Shown here in pieces: positions 51,078-63,872 of a DNA stretch of 64,000 nt. The position numbers were made by a program, and so were the translations under genes. Under the pieces are notes generated by a model, which did no database searches, was not told where the DNA came from, and worked only from the letters and a program-made list of their open reading frames with translations. Source of the stretch: Macrostomum hystrix (lineage: Eukaryota > Animalia > Platyhelminthes); the NCBI GenBank assembly GCA_950097015.1, contig CATNEN010000033.1, positions 1,054,001-1,118,000 of the forward strand, written 5' to 3'. The first letter of the stretch is position 1. The number at the start of each line of letters is the position of its first letter.

Positions 51078-53275
51078 TCATGCGGAAAATGGTGGCAGGT
51101 CGAATAGCTCCGGTTGGAATTCTTCTAGCGAGCGCAGTATGAAAACATTTTGATTGCCGGCGTGAATGGAGGTGTCGGCGCGCGGGTCAGGACACCAGAC
51201 AACCTGCACTATGGAGAGCAGTTGGGCCGCATTTAATATATGTGAGCGAATAAGCCTTACTACTGGTCATTACCAGTAGTATATTAAACATTGAATACTA
51301 AAAATGTATTTAACAAAAAATGCAAACACGCCTTCATGCCAGCTGCCAGCGCCGCTTCAACTCCGTTCAGAGCGTCCTCGAAGACCAGCACCCGTGCCGG
51401 GTCAGCTGGCGCAGGCTTGAAGCGGGCAGCAGCCACCTGGAAGCAGTCTGGCGCCGGCTTGCCGCGCTTCACATCAGGGTCGCTGCCGGCCAGCACCCAA
51501 TGTTTGAAATGGCGCAGCAGGTCAGGTCGGCCGGACATTTTTGCGTCGAATCCGGTCTGATCCGATCCCGTGGCGATGCACATTGGCAACCCATGCTGCC
51601 AAAGGTGCTCCAGGAGGCGACTGACTCCTGCAAATGGCAGTGACCCACTAATGATCCTTGGAGTGACCAAAAATGAGGCTTGGAATGACTCACTAATGAG
51701 CCTTAAGGTGACCCACTAATGAGTCTTGGAGTGACCGGATAATGAGCCTTTAGGTGACCCACTAATGAGTCTTGGAGTGACCGGATGATGAGGCTTGGGT
51801 TGACCCACTAATGAGTCTTGGAGTGACCGGATAATGAGGCTTGGGTTGACCCACTAATGAGTCTTGGAGTGACCGGATGATGAGGCTTGGGTTGACCCAC
51901 TAATGAGTCTTGGAGTGACCGGATGATGAGGCTTGGGTTGACCCACTAATGAGTCTTGGAGTGACCGGATGATGGGGCTTGGGTTGACCCACTAATGAGT
52001 CTTGGAGTGACCGGATGATGGGGCTTGGGGTGACCCACTAATGAGTCTTGGAGTGACTCACTAATGAGCCTTTAGGTGACCCACTAATGAGGCTTGGAGT
52101 GACCCGGTGATGAGGCTTGGGGTGACACACTAATGAGGCTTGGGGTGACACACTAATGAGGCTTGGAGTGACCCACTAATGAGGTTTGGAGTGACCCGAT
52201 GATAAGGCTTGGGGTGACCCGATGATGATGCTTGGGGTGACGCACTAATGAGGCTTGGGGTGACCCACAAATGAGGCTTGGAGTGACCCAATGATGATGC
52301 TTGGGGTGACCCAAGTTAATGATGCTTGGAGTGATCCACTAATCAAGAATATGGTGGTAGATTCACTAAGGAGTGTGGCAGATTATTAGAAGAAAACTTA
52401 CCAGGCATTATTTTGCTCTTAGGGAACTCTGTTAGTATGAGCTTATTGATCATCTCATGATGCTGATCAATTGTTATAGGCAAGTCAAGAAGATCTAAAA
52501 TATGTTTTAAAGGGTTTAAATGTTTTCTAGCTAAAAGTAAATAGGCAGCTAACTTATGTAGTTCATTTTCATTTTCATTTCATAGTTAATTTTCACTTAC
52601 CAATTATGACTTTAGCTGACTCATTGGGAGGCTTGCCCATCTGCTTCTGCTTAATTTCCCATGTAAATTGCTTGCCAAATCGAGCACAGAAAATATTATA
52701 GCAGTCTGTATATACAGATTCTGTATCTAAAATTTGATATATAAGCTATTCAATAAACAATAAAATTATCATTAAATTCATGTTACAAAATTTCTAGAAA
52801 AATTAGGATAGCTGCTTAAAGCTAGGTTGCTATGTTCTTATTTCAGATAATTAAATTGTTTTATTAGCCAAAACTAAATTCCAATGCATTTCAGAGCTTT
52901 TATTGTTGTAAACATTGAAACACAAAACTTTAAAAGGTGCAAAGATTTCTTTAATTTGAATTTATCCAGTAAGTATTGTCATATTAGGCTCAAATAAGGA
53001 AATCTAAAACCAAGAGAATAATGAGCTGTATAATTCTTGCTTCTGACAACAAATAAAAAACATGATAATCAATATCATTTATACTCTATAGTATTATTTA
53101 AAGATTGTAATTTAGAAGTAGGACAGCCTTGCCCTTTGGAAACTTCAGAATAAAATAAATATACACATACCAAGCCCAATATTCAACACCAGAGCATACC
53201 TATTAAGAGACCATCCATATCGAAAATGATGTGAGTAATTTTTCTAGAGCTTTCATTGTTACTTGTCACCTGCAT
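51078..53275 (-). CDS. PUDP: Pseudouridine-5'-phosphatase (HDHD1/GS1-like HAD hydrolase)
   Basis: Exon 1 (53275-53200) KITHIIFDMDGLLI|D; exon 2 TESVY...KQKQMGK; exon 3 LDLP...FPKSKIMP|G; exon 4 (51627-51332) IATGS...VKRGKPAPDCF...LVFEDALNGVEAALAAGMK; exon 5 (51203-51078) VVWCPD...LRSLEEFQPELFDLPPF*. One apparent 1-nt deletion at ~51140. Confidence 0.92.
51645..52335. repeat. Intronic minisatellite, 23/46-bp unit (gacccactaatgagtcttggagt-like)
   Basis: Fills most of PUDP intron 3. Confidence 0.92.
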
Positions 53276-56200
53276 CGAAATCACTGATTTAAAACCAGGC
53301 TATAATAGTTCAGGTTTTGATTTTGAATATATTTATAAGTAAAGACTGACAAAGTGAAGTATATTTCAATGTTAAATTACGAATTGACGTTTAAAGATTC
53401 GTTAGTATGCTTTTTGTTAGGCTGCAACACGCTTCAATGCAGTACAAATGTCTAACTAAGTTTATTATATACTCTCGCTCGCTAAATTAAAGTTGAATAT
53501 TTAAAAGATACCGTTTATCGTTTCTAGTAATGATGCCACTTTAAACTTTCCTCTTAGATTTCAAGCGAAAGTCTATAGAAACCAGGTCCAGTGTTAGACG
53601 AAAATTAAAACACCAAACAACAATTTTATTACAGCAATGGCAGAATTTAACGAAAAAAATAGTGACAGTTCATAATTTTTAATGAAACAATTGCCTAAGC
53701 CGGACACGCCGCGATTGTAAATTCTAGGTCCAACTAACATTAAAACTTGACCTCATACTGTAACTTAACGTAACTTAACTTAACTTATGAAATATTTTAT
53801 ATAAATGAAACTGCTTAATAATTAAAAATTTATCAATTCAGTTTTTATGCCTGTGGAAAAATATCCTATAATTCTGTCGCTTCCATAGAAATTCTAAATG
53901 ACTGACATGCGCGAAACGTGGCAAAGTCGTATACTTATGCAGCGTGCAACTTGATCAACTTAGGCAAAATAGAGTTCCGAATTGCTTCCTCATATACTCT
54001 GATAATTATAAGTCCAAGGTGATCGCACTTTGAAATTCATACAAAGCTACGGCAAGCTTCGGGGCCGGTTTTAACTGGCTCTGTAATCGTGTTTAGCCGC
54101 CTGGGCCGACCCTCCGCCTGTCTGTTCGTGCGCTCGCGCGTGTGCATCCCTGCCGCAAGGTGGGGTGCTGGGTGCCGGCCGACAGGTGGGGTTGTTTGGT
54201 TGGGGGGTGGCGGCGTCGGCCCCGCTTTTATTTGTGCGCTCACGCTCTCTCGTGCGTGCTGCGTGAGCGCTCTGGCTCGTAAAATTTTTTTCTGTATTGC
54301 TTTTATTCCGTTGCTTCGTGACTTCCTTTTTAATCCTTCCTTCGTGACGCCTCAAATCCTAAAATATATTCGCTATCGCAGGACTCGTTCGTCCGCTGCC
54401 TTTGTCGCCACGCCTGTGCCTTCCCTCTTGCTGCTTTTGGCCCTGTTGGCTAATGCAACCAAAGACAACTAGCACAAGGCACATTTAAAAATGAATTTAG
54501 AAGTGAGAACTCAGTTCAGGTTACAGTTGACCTAGGTGTAAAAAAATGGATACGCTCGTAGTACCCTGCAGCATTAGCTCGGGTAGAAATTTTGGTTGTT
54601 GTTTTCCGCCCCAGCTAGCTATAGTACGTCAATTGACTGAGCAGCGAGGTGCGATTTCTGCACTGGCTGCCAATTAAAACAAAAAATACTTCGAGATGTC
54701 AACGAAAATCCATCACGCCAGAATGGCTCTGATTGGCAAGGTGTGCACGAAGCAAACAAACTCTAGAACTGACTGCAAGTAAAACTGTATACAAGTTGCA
54801 AGCAAGTGTTTCAGCTGTGACGTGATATTTAACTGACAATTCTCAATATTACGCGTTGAAGTTGAAGTGGGATTTAACGAATCTATTACCATAGACAAAA
54901 TTTACGAGTAAATCCGCCCGACTTCCTCACTAGCAGTGTACACTATCACTGTAATCCCCTATCCCCTGGGGGAAAATTATGTGGCATAAAATATTTTTTA
55001 ATTCCAAATCTTCTTATAAACTCAAAAAGGCTTTGGTTGTACGTATCAGTTCTTGTAACAGAACTGCGCATCCACACACACAAGAAAAGGGCGATTCCAG
55101 TAGGTTTGTCATGCCTGAATGCAAAAGCTAGCAAAGCATCCTTCAAAACGTTTTATTCAAAGATCCAATGCTCTGCCATGCGAAAAGATGAAATATACGT
55201 GAAAGTGCGACTTACTTTTGTTGTGCTGGTCCTATATTTATGCTGCTGTGGAGTCTTGCCACAGGGAAGGAGCAGGTCTTCTTTAAGACTCACATGGCCA
55301 TGAGAGCAGTTGCTTGAGTGGTCTCACAGAGACCCTGCCCCCACCCGCAAAAGAAAGACAATTGGGATCGCAACTACTGCAGTGCTTGCCTGTGAGCTTC
55401 TGCAGTTGCATCTGAGTCTCCTACAGCAGGGCATCCTTGGAGCAAAACTGTTGACAATTGAGAAGTCATGAAACACTGTCAGGAAAATAGTTTGGCATTA
55501 TTTTGAATAGTCTTATATCTTTTCTAAGCATTCTCAAGGGCCAGAACTGCAGGAATTCCAGAATTCCATAAAGAGCTATGCTAGTATTATTATTCTGCTA
55601 TCGAACAGTACCTGCCACTTTCTTTATCAATTTATTTCTATTTGGAACATAAACGGACCAATCGCATCTGAAGAGAATACGAATTTCGTTCTCTACCTCG
55701 ACTCTACATTTTGGACATGTTCTGTTTTCATAGGCGATTTTTGGTCTTACAGTGCGCAATGTCTCACAGGCTCACTGGTTTCCTAGACGAAATCGGGACA
55801 TTGTGCGCCTTTGTTCTGGGTTAGAGATTAGTATTAAATTAGTATTAAGATAGTAATAACCCACGTATAAACGGATTGGAAATATATTCTAGAATTCTAG
55901 GACTCTTTCTTTCTAATATAGAACCTGAACTCATGGATCATAAAATAACAGCGCGAGTCATATACTTTAAGTGCCATTGCTATAGGGTATTTGGATGTGT
56001 CATATAGATGAATAGATCAATGTGACGCAGCTTCTCCAAGCACCGTGAGCATCGATCTTTGCAAGGCTGAGCCTCTCGACTTATTTGCAACTCAAAATGT
56101 GCCAGTGCGATATGAAAATACTTTGAATTGAGCCACCGTTCTTCACAAAGATCCTATTGTTCAGCTAGCTTATCAGAATTCAAACTGATGTTGCAAAACC

Positions 56201-56405
56201 ATCAGAAAGATGAAAGACGCCCACTGGCTTTACTGAGATTCTCAGGCGCCACTCTGCATAGGCATTGTTAATCTCTTCTTTGACTGCAGGCAACCGGCAT
56301 CGTTCCACCCTTCCCCAGCCCAAAGCCTTCTCTCTATGTCGGCCACGCTTCACTAATAGACAATGAGCTGCTGTGTTTAGAAGGGTTTTGTTTCAGCATT
56401 TGCCT

Positions 56406-56419
56406 GTTTCCATGGCAAC
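56406..56419. promoter_or_regulatory. RFX X-box ~240 bp upstream of the lectin-like gene ATG
   Basis: GTTTCCATGGCAAC, a perfect match to GTTNCCATGGNAAC. Confidence 0.7.
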
Positions 56420-56655
56420 CGATACGGTGGAGCGTGGCCTCGCCTCGCTGAAAATTTCTCAATCCAGTGGCGAAGCAGTTGGCTCCAAGTACACGATCTG
56501 CAGCCAATTGCAGCTGTAGATTTTGAGAGAAAGTCTCCTTATAGTGAGCTGACCGAGAGCATTTCCCCAACCACCTGTCCCGTAGAAGCCCCCCCATTCC
56601 TTGGCTTTCTGTTCCAGACCAAACGTTCAGAGACAGCAACCAGACAGCCGGCGCA

Positions 56656-59600
56656 ATGTGGCAGCTTTTGCTTTCACTAGTTGCCCTACTTCTACTTCAC
56701 AATGCTGACATTGCGAACGGCACGCAGTGCAACTCGTCCGTGCATTGTCCGGGGAATTCCGATGCCTGTTATAAGTTTGTTTTTCAGCAATCATTGCCGC
56801 TGTGCTCTCCTGCGACGAACGCTTGCGGCAGTGCACTTAGTAAGACTGGTCTAGAGCTTCTGCGGTCGAATCCTAGCCTTGTACCGAGCAGGTAAGAAGA
56901 CAAGCAGTGGCTGAACTGTGCTCCATAAAATTTGAGTATTATGGATGTCTTATGTTCTTTTGAAAAGCTTTGTCTGCTGTCGGTGTTGTGTATTTAACAG
57001 TGTTTGAAGGTTGTGGCAAGTACAGAGGTTCTGCGACCCCACGCTCTATATTTATATTAAGCTGCATGCATGCGGTGTTACACACGGCGGGGCCTCTCGT
57101 TGGCGTTACAAATCAATGGACAACAAATGAACTAATAGATCACGTGGCCCACAACACCCTTCCCTACATGGGATTCCCGATCGCAATCACATGTCAACTA
57201 ATTCACTTCAGTCAGTGTTAGTCTGTCACGTCGGGTACCGAATAGGTGCTTGGCGCACGCGGTTCGACCTCCGTGGGCGCGCCGCAGGCGGTCCCTTGAT
57301 TGGGCCGTCATCGCGCTCTGCCGACGGCTCCATCAGGTTGTCTGTGCTTAACCCGCCGTCGCTGAAGTCAGTGATCGAAGTCGACTCGTTGCTGTCAGGG
57401 GCCAGCGCGCAGCGGCGTTGCAGACAGAGCAGAGTGGCATCTTATTGTTTAAATCGCGACTGTGCTCACAACCCCAACAGCCAGCACATGAAACAAAACG
57501 ATAGCCTCAAACCTGCGCAATTTCAGAGGCATAAAATACTTCGCCGGCGCTGTATCCAACGCATCAGTGTTTCCCAGTGACATGACCCCCGTCTGCTGGA
57601 ATCGGAACAGCTCGGTAAAAGCGTCCATTGTGCCAGTCATCAGCATCAGCATCAGCAGTCTTCAGTTTGTAAGCGTGAGCTGGTCACTTGGAGTCCCGCG
57701 ATTCCAACTAGTTAATAAAACTGCGTTGCTAAGAGCAGTCTGCCAGATTCAAACCGGCTTGAACTCCAGCGATGCAGAAGGTAAGCCAAAGTGAGATAGA
57801 TTCGCTAATAATTTCTCAATTCTCAGGTAGAATAGCATCAGAGAAATATCATCCAAAAACATAATAACATGCAGCAACATGCTACAGCGAAATCGGCAAG
57901 TGCTTCTTTCTGTCCAGCAATGCGCTGGCGTACTTTGATCACGACAATGGAGCCTGCGGTGGCGCTCCAATGGCCACGATTGCAACGGCGAGAAACTCCA
58001 CCGAGGAGGCCCAACTTTTGTGAGCGTTGCGAACTCGGGATTGACAAGGCCACCAGGGTGACGGGTTGATGAGTTCCGATTGAGATACTGACAAGGCCAC
58101 CAGGGTGACGGGTTGATGAGTTCCGATTCAGATACTGATAAGGCCACCAGGGTGACGGGTTGAAATAAAATGCTGTACACAGCCTTTAGAAGCTTATAGC
58201 TTTTAACACAGCCTGTGCCAGTGGCTGCACAACGGGGTTGGTGTCCAGTCTTTCTGTCAGATTAAGTAATTCGCAAATTCGAAACGAATAAGGTAGTGAT
58301 GTGTCCAGTTCAGGTGACTGATGCCACTTATGCAGACTTTCGTACATGACCATTTTAGCGACTATCTGAGCTACAAGCTGTCTTCATCTTCGGACAGCTT
58401 CTACATCGATGCGACCATCTGCTCACAACCGTACCAGTTCCCCAACGGCGAAGTGCTCGACATGAGAGAGCAGTGGACCGCACTGTCAGTGCGCAATCAG
58501 TCGGAGCCAGCGTGCGCTTTCATCAGCGATGGCGGCACGATCGGCTGGCAGCAGTGCCAGGGCTGGCTGCCCCAGACTGAACAAGTCTGCCAGCAGACAT
58601 TCGGTTGGTTCAGCGCCACCATTTCACTACTAGTAGATTGGCGTCATGTTTCATTTCTATGTACAATCGTAGTAGAAATCGGTTCCTTATACACCCATCA
58701 ACAGCTGTCGTAGCCAACAGCACTACGTGCCGCGGTAGCTACTGCGCCAACTTCTGGATGGTTGGCGGTGGGGCCGACTACGCCACCGCCCAGAATCGTT
58801 GCAGAGGTGGCGGCAGCCTGCCGCAGAAGGCCGGCCTACTGGAGCTGTTGTCAGAGGCTGACATTCTGCCGCCTGAGGTGGTGCCGCAGACGACAGCGCA
58901 GACTCGGTGGGTTGAATTTCAGGCTTTAATAACGAGAAAATCGTCGAAGTGGTTTCAAAGTGGCTCTGGTACTAGACTTGTTGGTGACGAAAATCCCTTT
59001 AGTCTAGCATTAACAGTAGAAAGACCACACCATTTCCGCCAGGGTGGTATTTCAAATACCCACTGCCTATTTCACTATAGCTCCCAATTCGAATGACCGA
59101 TTTTTGTGAAACTCCAACACATGGATCAAAATTTTCCGCCCTTTACGATGAAATTACTTTTAAAGTCGTCCGAAGTCAGCATCGTCGAGATATTCAAGGA
59201 TTCTTGCTGAAGACCCTGGTGACAAGGACAAGTAACGTAGCTCTGTGTGAACCTCTATGGATCCATTTTGGCAAAAGTATAATACTTGAAGTATCACGAC
59301 GATGTCGATGCTTTGTGTTTCTGAAAAAGTTGATTCATCGGATAGAATGAAAATTCTATCGCCATTTTCATGGCGATTGGTTGAATATTTCGGAAGATAC
59401 AGAAACATGTGGTTCTTGATATACTCCCCTGTTCTTTCTAAATTTAACAGGCAAAGTGACAAGGGGAAAACTGCTTACCTCATAAACATTTTTATGCGTC
59501 GGAACAGAGCAATCAGAATTTCTGCTGTCAAGAATCAAGTCACCATCTCACCAGAACGTCGTGGTTTTAAATGATTCTTTCTGAAGGTCCTTATTTTCCC

Positions 59601-62600
59601 ACATCTTTGCTAAGGGTTTAAAGTTCAATTGGGTTCAAAATAAAATATAATTGTAGGAGGGCTGCGGGCAATGGCACATCATTTGGTGACTCTAGATCCG
59701 CAGCCGTCGAGGAGGCAATTCTGCCCATTTCGCTGACTCCTGAGGACACACGCACACAGATACTTTACGCAGGCATACGCTCACACAGGTTGTACATCTG
59801 CCCTGACTCTCCCACTGACCCCCTAGCTTGTTAATCTCACGTGTCTGCATGAACTCAGTATTCGATGACTACTTGGCCGAGCTTCTGAACCTTCAACGAG
59901 TGGCACTGTGGAGTGGCTCTGTTCAAGCGCGGCAGAAAACATTGTATCTGGGGGATATCCCTTGGTTCTTCAGTAAGCATAATACACTTAAATCCGAAAT
60001 TTCAGACGCTTCGTTTTGGGCATCCTCAAAGAGACAACTAATGAAGGCAGGAAGTTTTACTTCAACGATAGCACCGCCTCGTTGGTGCCGAATGTCACAT
60101 TCAATGAAGGCGATGCCAATGTCACCAGTCGACACTGTGTTTATTATAACTACTCAGCACTCACCTTTGTAGCTGTTGACTGCAGCCTAAGCTTTTACGG
60201 CTGTGTGGTTTGCTATAACTCGACTAGCAATACAATTGCTTCTGCGCATGTTAGCACGATGAGTTTCAATGAAGCCCAAAGGCATTGCCAAAGTACCGCG
60301 GGTCACAAGCTTATTGACTCGAGTTTCTTCCGAGCAATGGCTTGCCCAGATGCTGCCGTGGCCTGGGTGAACGCCTACGAATATCAGCCCTGGCGCTGGG
60401 CTGACGGCACCTTCTTGTACAATTCGTCCACGACGACCGATCCAGTAGCCAATCAGCTGGCTGACACGCTAATCAGACAGCCTGCTGTGTTGTACAACAA
60501 GAGCCAATGCTTCTACCTGACGTTGGCCTCCGATGCGGCGATGAATCTGGAAGTTTCGGACTGTACTCCCAAAGCGGACATTGTGTGCCAGTACAGTGAG
60601 TACTACTACAGTATGCTGCAAAAAATATGCACATTTTAACTCTCAGCCTCAATAATTGTTGTCGACTATCTTTAATGTTTCCTGTCTACCACATTCCATT
60701 CTTGCTGTCTACTTCCAAATAGATGCGTCTACCTCTTAACCTTCCTTGTCTACCTTATACATAACCCGCTGCAGATAGGACGGTCTGTGGCCAACCTCCA
60801 GCCTTCAGCCTGGGCTACATGAGCGGCATGGTGACGCTGAACTCCAGCGACCTCAGCTACAATGTCGACCTGCTGAATGCCAGCTGCACAATCAACGCTA
60901 ATCAGGCTTTCTCACCGAATTCGGCCGGCTTCTACGACTGCAACAGATTGAACGCCAGCTTCCTGGGCAACGATACCACATTGATGGAAAGCCGCTGCAT
61001 TCTGGGGACCAACGGTCTGGCCTGGTCGACAATCTCCAACGCAGAGCTGTGCCGCAGCCATCAGTGCAACGCCAGCCAGGTTGTGGACTTTAACTACTCC
61101 AACAATCTGGCTTACTTGAACGTGTCTCTGGGCTCGCAGCTCGTGAGCTCTGCGGCACCGCTCGTTGTCAATTCCAGCCGCTTGCTGCTTAGCTGCAAGC
61201 CAGGCGCCCTGCTAACCAAAAGCGACGATTCCCTGGAGCCTGGAAGCGCCATCGGAAACGAGTTCACCTGCCAGGAGTCCGAATGGATTTACTCCATAGC
61301 CACCTTTGTGAACGCCACTCTAGTCCAGGTGTGCGACAAAAAATCTGACGGGCGAACCAAGTTGCTGCAGTGCGAACCGATCAGGTGCAATACCTCCGAC
61401 TTCAAAAGCTTATCGATTGTTGGAAAGCCCATCGTGAGGACGTACCTGAACCAGGACGAAAGCATCGATATAACATGCATGAAGGCAGTGGCCACCAATC
61501 GCACCAACGTCAATCCGACCCTAAACATCCGATGCAAACTCTGGGCTGACTACAGCTACCAGTATGAGATTTATAACACATTCAATATATCCACCTTGGT
61601 GTCCGTGAGCAACGCGAGCCTGCTGTCCGAGAAGATGAGCGCCGTCTGCAGTGCCACCGAGTTCGTCCTGTGTCCAAGAAACGAGACCTGGCTGAACACC
61701 TCAGGATTGGAAATTGTGGCTTATGAGCCTTCCCAATGGGCCAGTAGCATTGATTCCTTCTTATACATGGCGCCCAATGACAGTCTCAAAGTGCGCTGCC
61801 AGCTGCCGAGTACGTCGGGCTACTTCCAGACCAGTCTGCAACAGACTAGCCGGCTTCGCTGCCCAATGTCCGCGTTGAAAGATCAGCTCGTCTGGGACGG
61901 GCCGGCTTTGGACTGCAGCCGCACCGCTTGTCAATCCGTCAATAACGAACTGCCGCAATTCTCGATCGCCACGAGAATCAAGGTGAACTTGTCCGATGAG
62001 TGGCTGCCTTTCTTCAACGCAAGTTTCTACGCGCCCGGAAGCCAAGTGCTGGTGAACTGCACTTTTATCGAGCAGGTGTCAGAGATTTTGAATTGCAATG
62101 ACACTGGTGCATGGGTGCCGTTTCATTGTAGCTCAAACGGAGGCGGCAACTTCAGCTTATGCTTCGGACAGCACATTAATTGCACGACGGTCGTGCCGTA
62201 CACGCCTTGCCCACGAAATGGGTCCTGGTTGAACGATTCGAGTCTAGAAATCCTGGAGACGATCGACTCGCAGTGGTCCGGCGGCTTCGACAGTCAGTAC
62301 TACCTGGCGCCGAACGCCAGCCTTCGAGTCCGCTGCCGGCTGCCAAGAACAGGCGGCCACTTCACGGCTGGCTTAAACCTTACTGGCAAGCTTCGGTGTC
62401 CCCTGAGCATCGCGGGCAATAATCAGCTGGTTTGGGATGAGCCGGGGCTACAATGTGCCTTTAGTGTCTGCCAGACAGTTTTCGACGAGTTGCCGCCTCT
62501 ATCCATTGCCACTGGAATTAAGGTGAACCAATCTGAGCAATGGCTGCCTTTCTTCAATTCAAGCACCTACCCACCTGGAAGCCAGGTGTTAGTCAACTGT

Positions 62601-63872
62601 ACCACATACGAGCAGGTATCTGAGATCATATACTGCAATGATACCGGCACTTGGGTACCGGTGCAGTGCAGCAGGGATGATAGTGGAAACAAGACCTTCT
62701 GCATTGGGCAGCACATCAACTGTCTAGTCACAACAACTGCACCGATAGAGTACGCGCCGTGCCCAAGGAATGAGTCCTGGCTTAATGAAACGGGCTTAGA
62801 AATCCTGGAGGTGATCGAGTCGCAGTGGTCGGGAGGCTTCGACAATGCCCAGTTTTTAGCGCCGAACGCCAGTCTGAGAGTTCGCTGCCGCTGGCCCAGG
62901 ACCGCTGGCCGCTACCCAGCCAGCCTCGAGCTGACCGGGACACTCCGCTGTCCTATGAGAACTGCTAGGAGCGAACTCGCCTGGGACGAACCTGCACTGA
63001 ACTGCGCTTACAGAGTGTGCCCGCCCGTGTTCGACATGTTTCCGCCGCTGTCCGTTGCTACTGGAATTCGGGTGAACCAGTCTGACGTGTGGCTGCCGTA
63101 CTACAATGCCAGCTTCTATCCTAGTGGAAGCCAGGTGCTAATCAACTGCACCACCTACGAACTGATCTCCGAGATCCTGTACTGCAATGACTCAGGTTCG
63201 TGGGTCCCTGTCCAGTATAACACGGACAGCACGGGCAGCATCAGCATCTGCATCGGGGAGCACATCAGCTGCTTCGAGACGACTCAACCGCCTACCACCA
63301 CGCCTGCCCCTCCCGAGACTGTTCTCAGTACACTAATCACCGAGGTGCAAATTACCACAAATGGAGTGATCAGCACCGATAAAACCACGGTTACCGAGAC
63401 TCAGAACACTGTCACTGTAGAGATGGTCAGCACCACGGGGAGCTATCAGACGTCTCGGTTCCTGATGACGACGACAACCGTGTCAATATCGACGGTCTCC
63501 ACCACAGAAGGTGTCACGCAGTCAGCCGAATCGACCCTGCCTTCACTTTCAAACAGCTCAGAAATTAACCTCGGTTCCGTGTCATTGGAGAATACGCCAT
63601 CGCCTGCGCCATTGTTAAACACTTCAGGGCCCAGCATCGATGTGGCATCCTCAGCAAGCTTGCCATCGCCTGCGCCATTGTCTAACACTTCAGAGCCCAG
63701 CATCGATGTGGCATCCTCAGCAAGCTTGCCATCGCCTGCGCCATTGTCAAACACTTCAGGGCCCAGCATCGATGAGGCATCCTCAGCAAGCTTGCCGCCA
63801 TTGATAAACGTGTCTGTGCCAGGATTGGGTGAGCTAATCAGAACAAGTTTCAAAACAATTACTTTTATCTAA
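56656..63872 (+). CDS. Large secreted/surface glycoprotein: divergent C-type-lectin-like domains, sushi/CCP-like Cys modules, three ~185-aa internal repeats and a Ser/Thr/Pro-rich stalk; probably continues beyond the window
   Basis: Signal peptide MWQLLLSLVALLLL. Exons 56656-56891, ~57919-58019, 58359-~58602, ~58704-58907, ~60007-60594 and ~60775-63820+ join with matching phases. CTLD-like motifs MSFNEAQRHC...AWVNA...WRWADG...C...DC...IVCQY. Many NxS/T sites. A possible donor (gtgagc) at ~63830. Confidence 0.78.
57226..57430 (-). mobile_element. Possible LTR-retrotransposon (Gypsy-like) pol C-terminal remnant in intron 1
   Basis: The minus-strand frame ends PAARPRRSNRVRQAPIRYPT*, resembling the RRSxRxRxxPxRY tail of Gypsy integrases. 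No other domains seen. Confidence 0.35.
58035..58165. repeat. 47-bp tandem repeat (~2.7 copies) directly after a splice donor
   Basis: gacaaggccaccagggtgacgggttgatgagttccgatt recurs with no unique spacers. Confidence 0.88.
59655..59810 (-). mobile_element. Family-A SINE body (headless copy) in an intron
   Basis: gggcaatggcacat...gaggaggcaattctgcccatttcgctgac is near-identical to 16290-16365. Confidence 0.75.
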
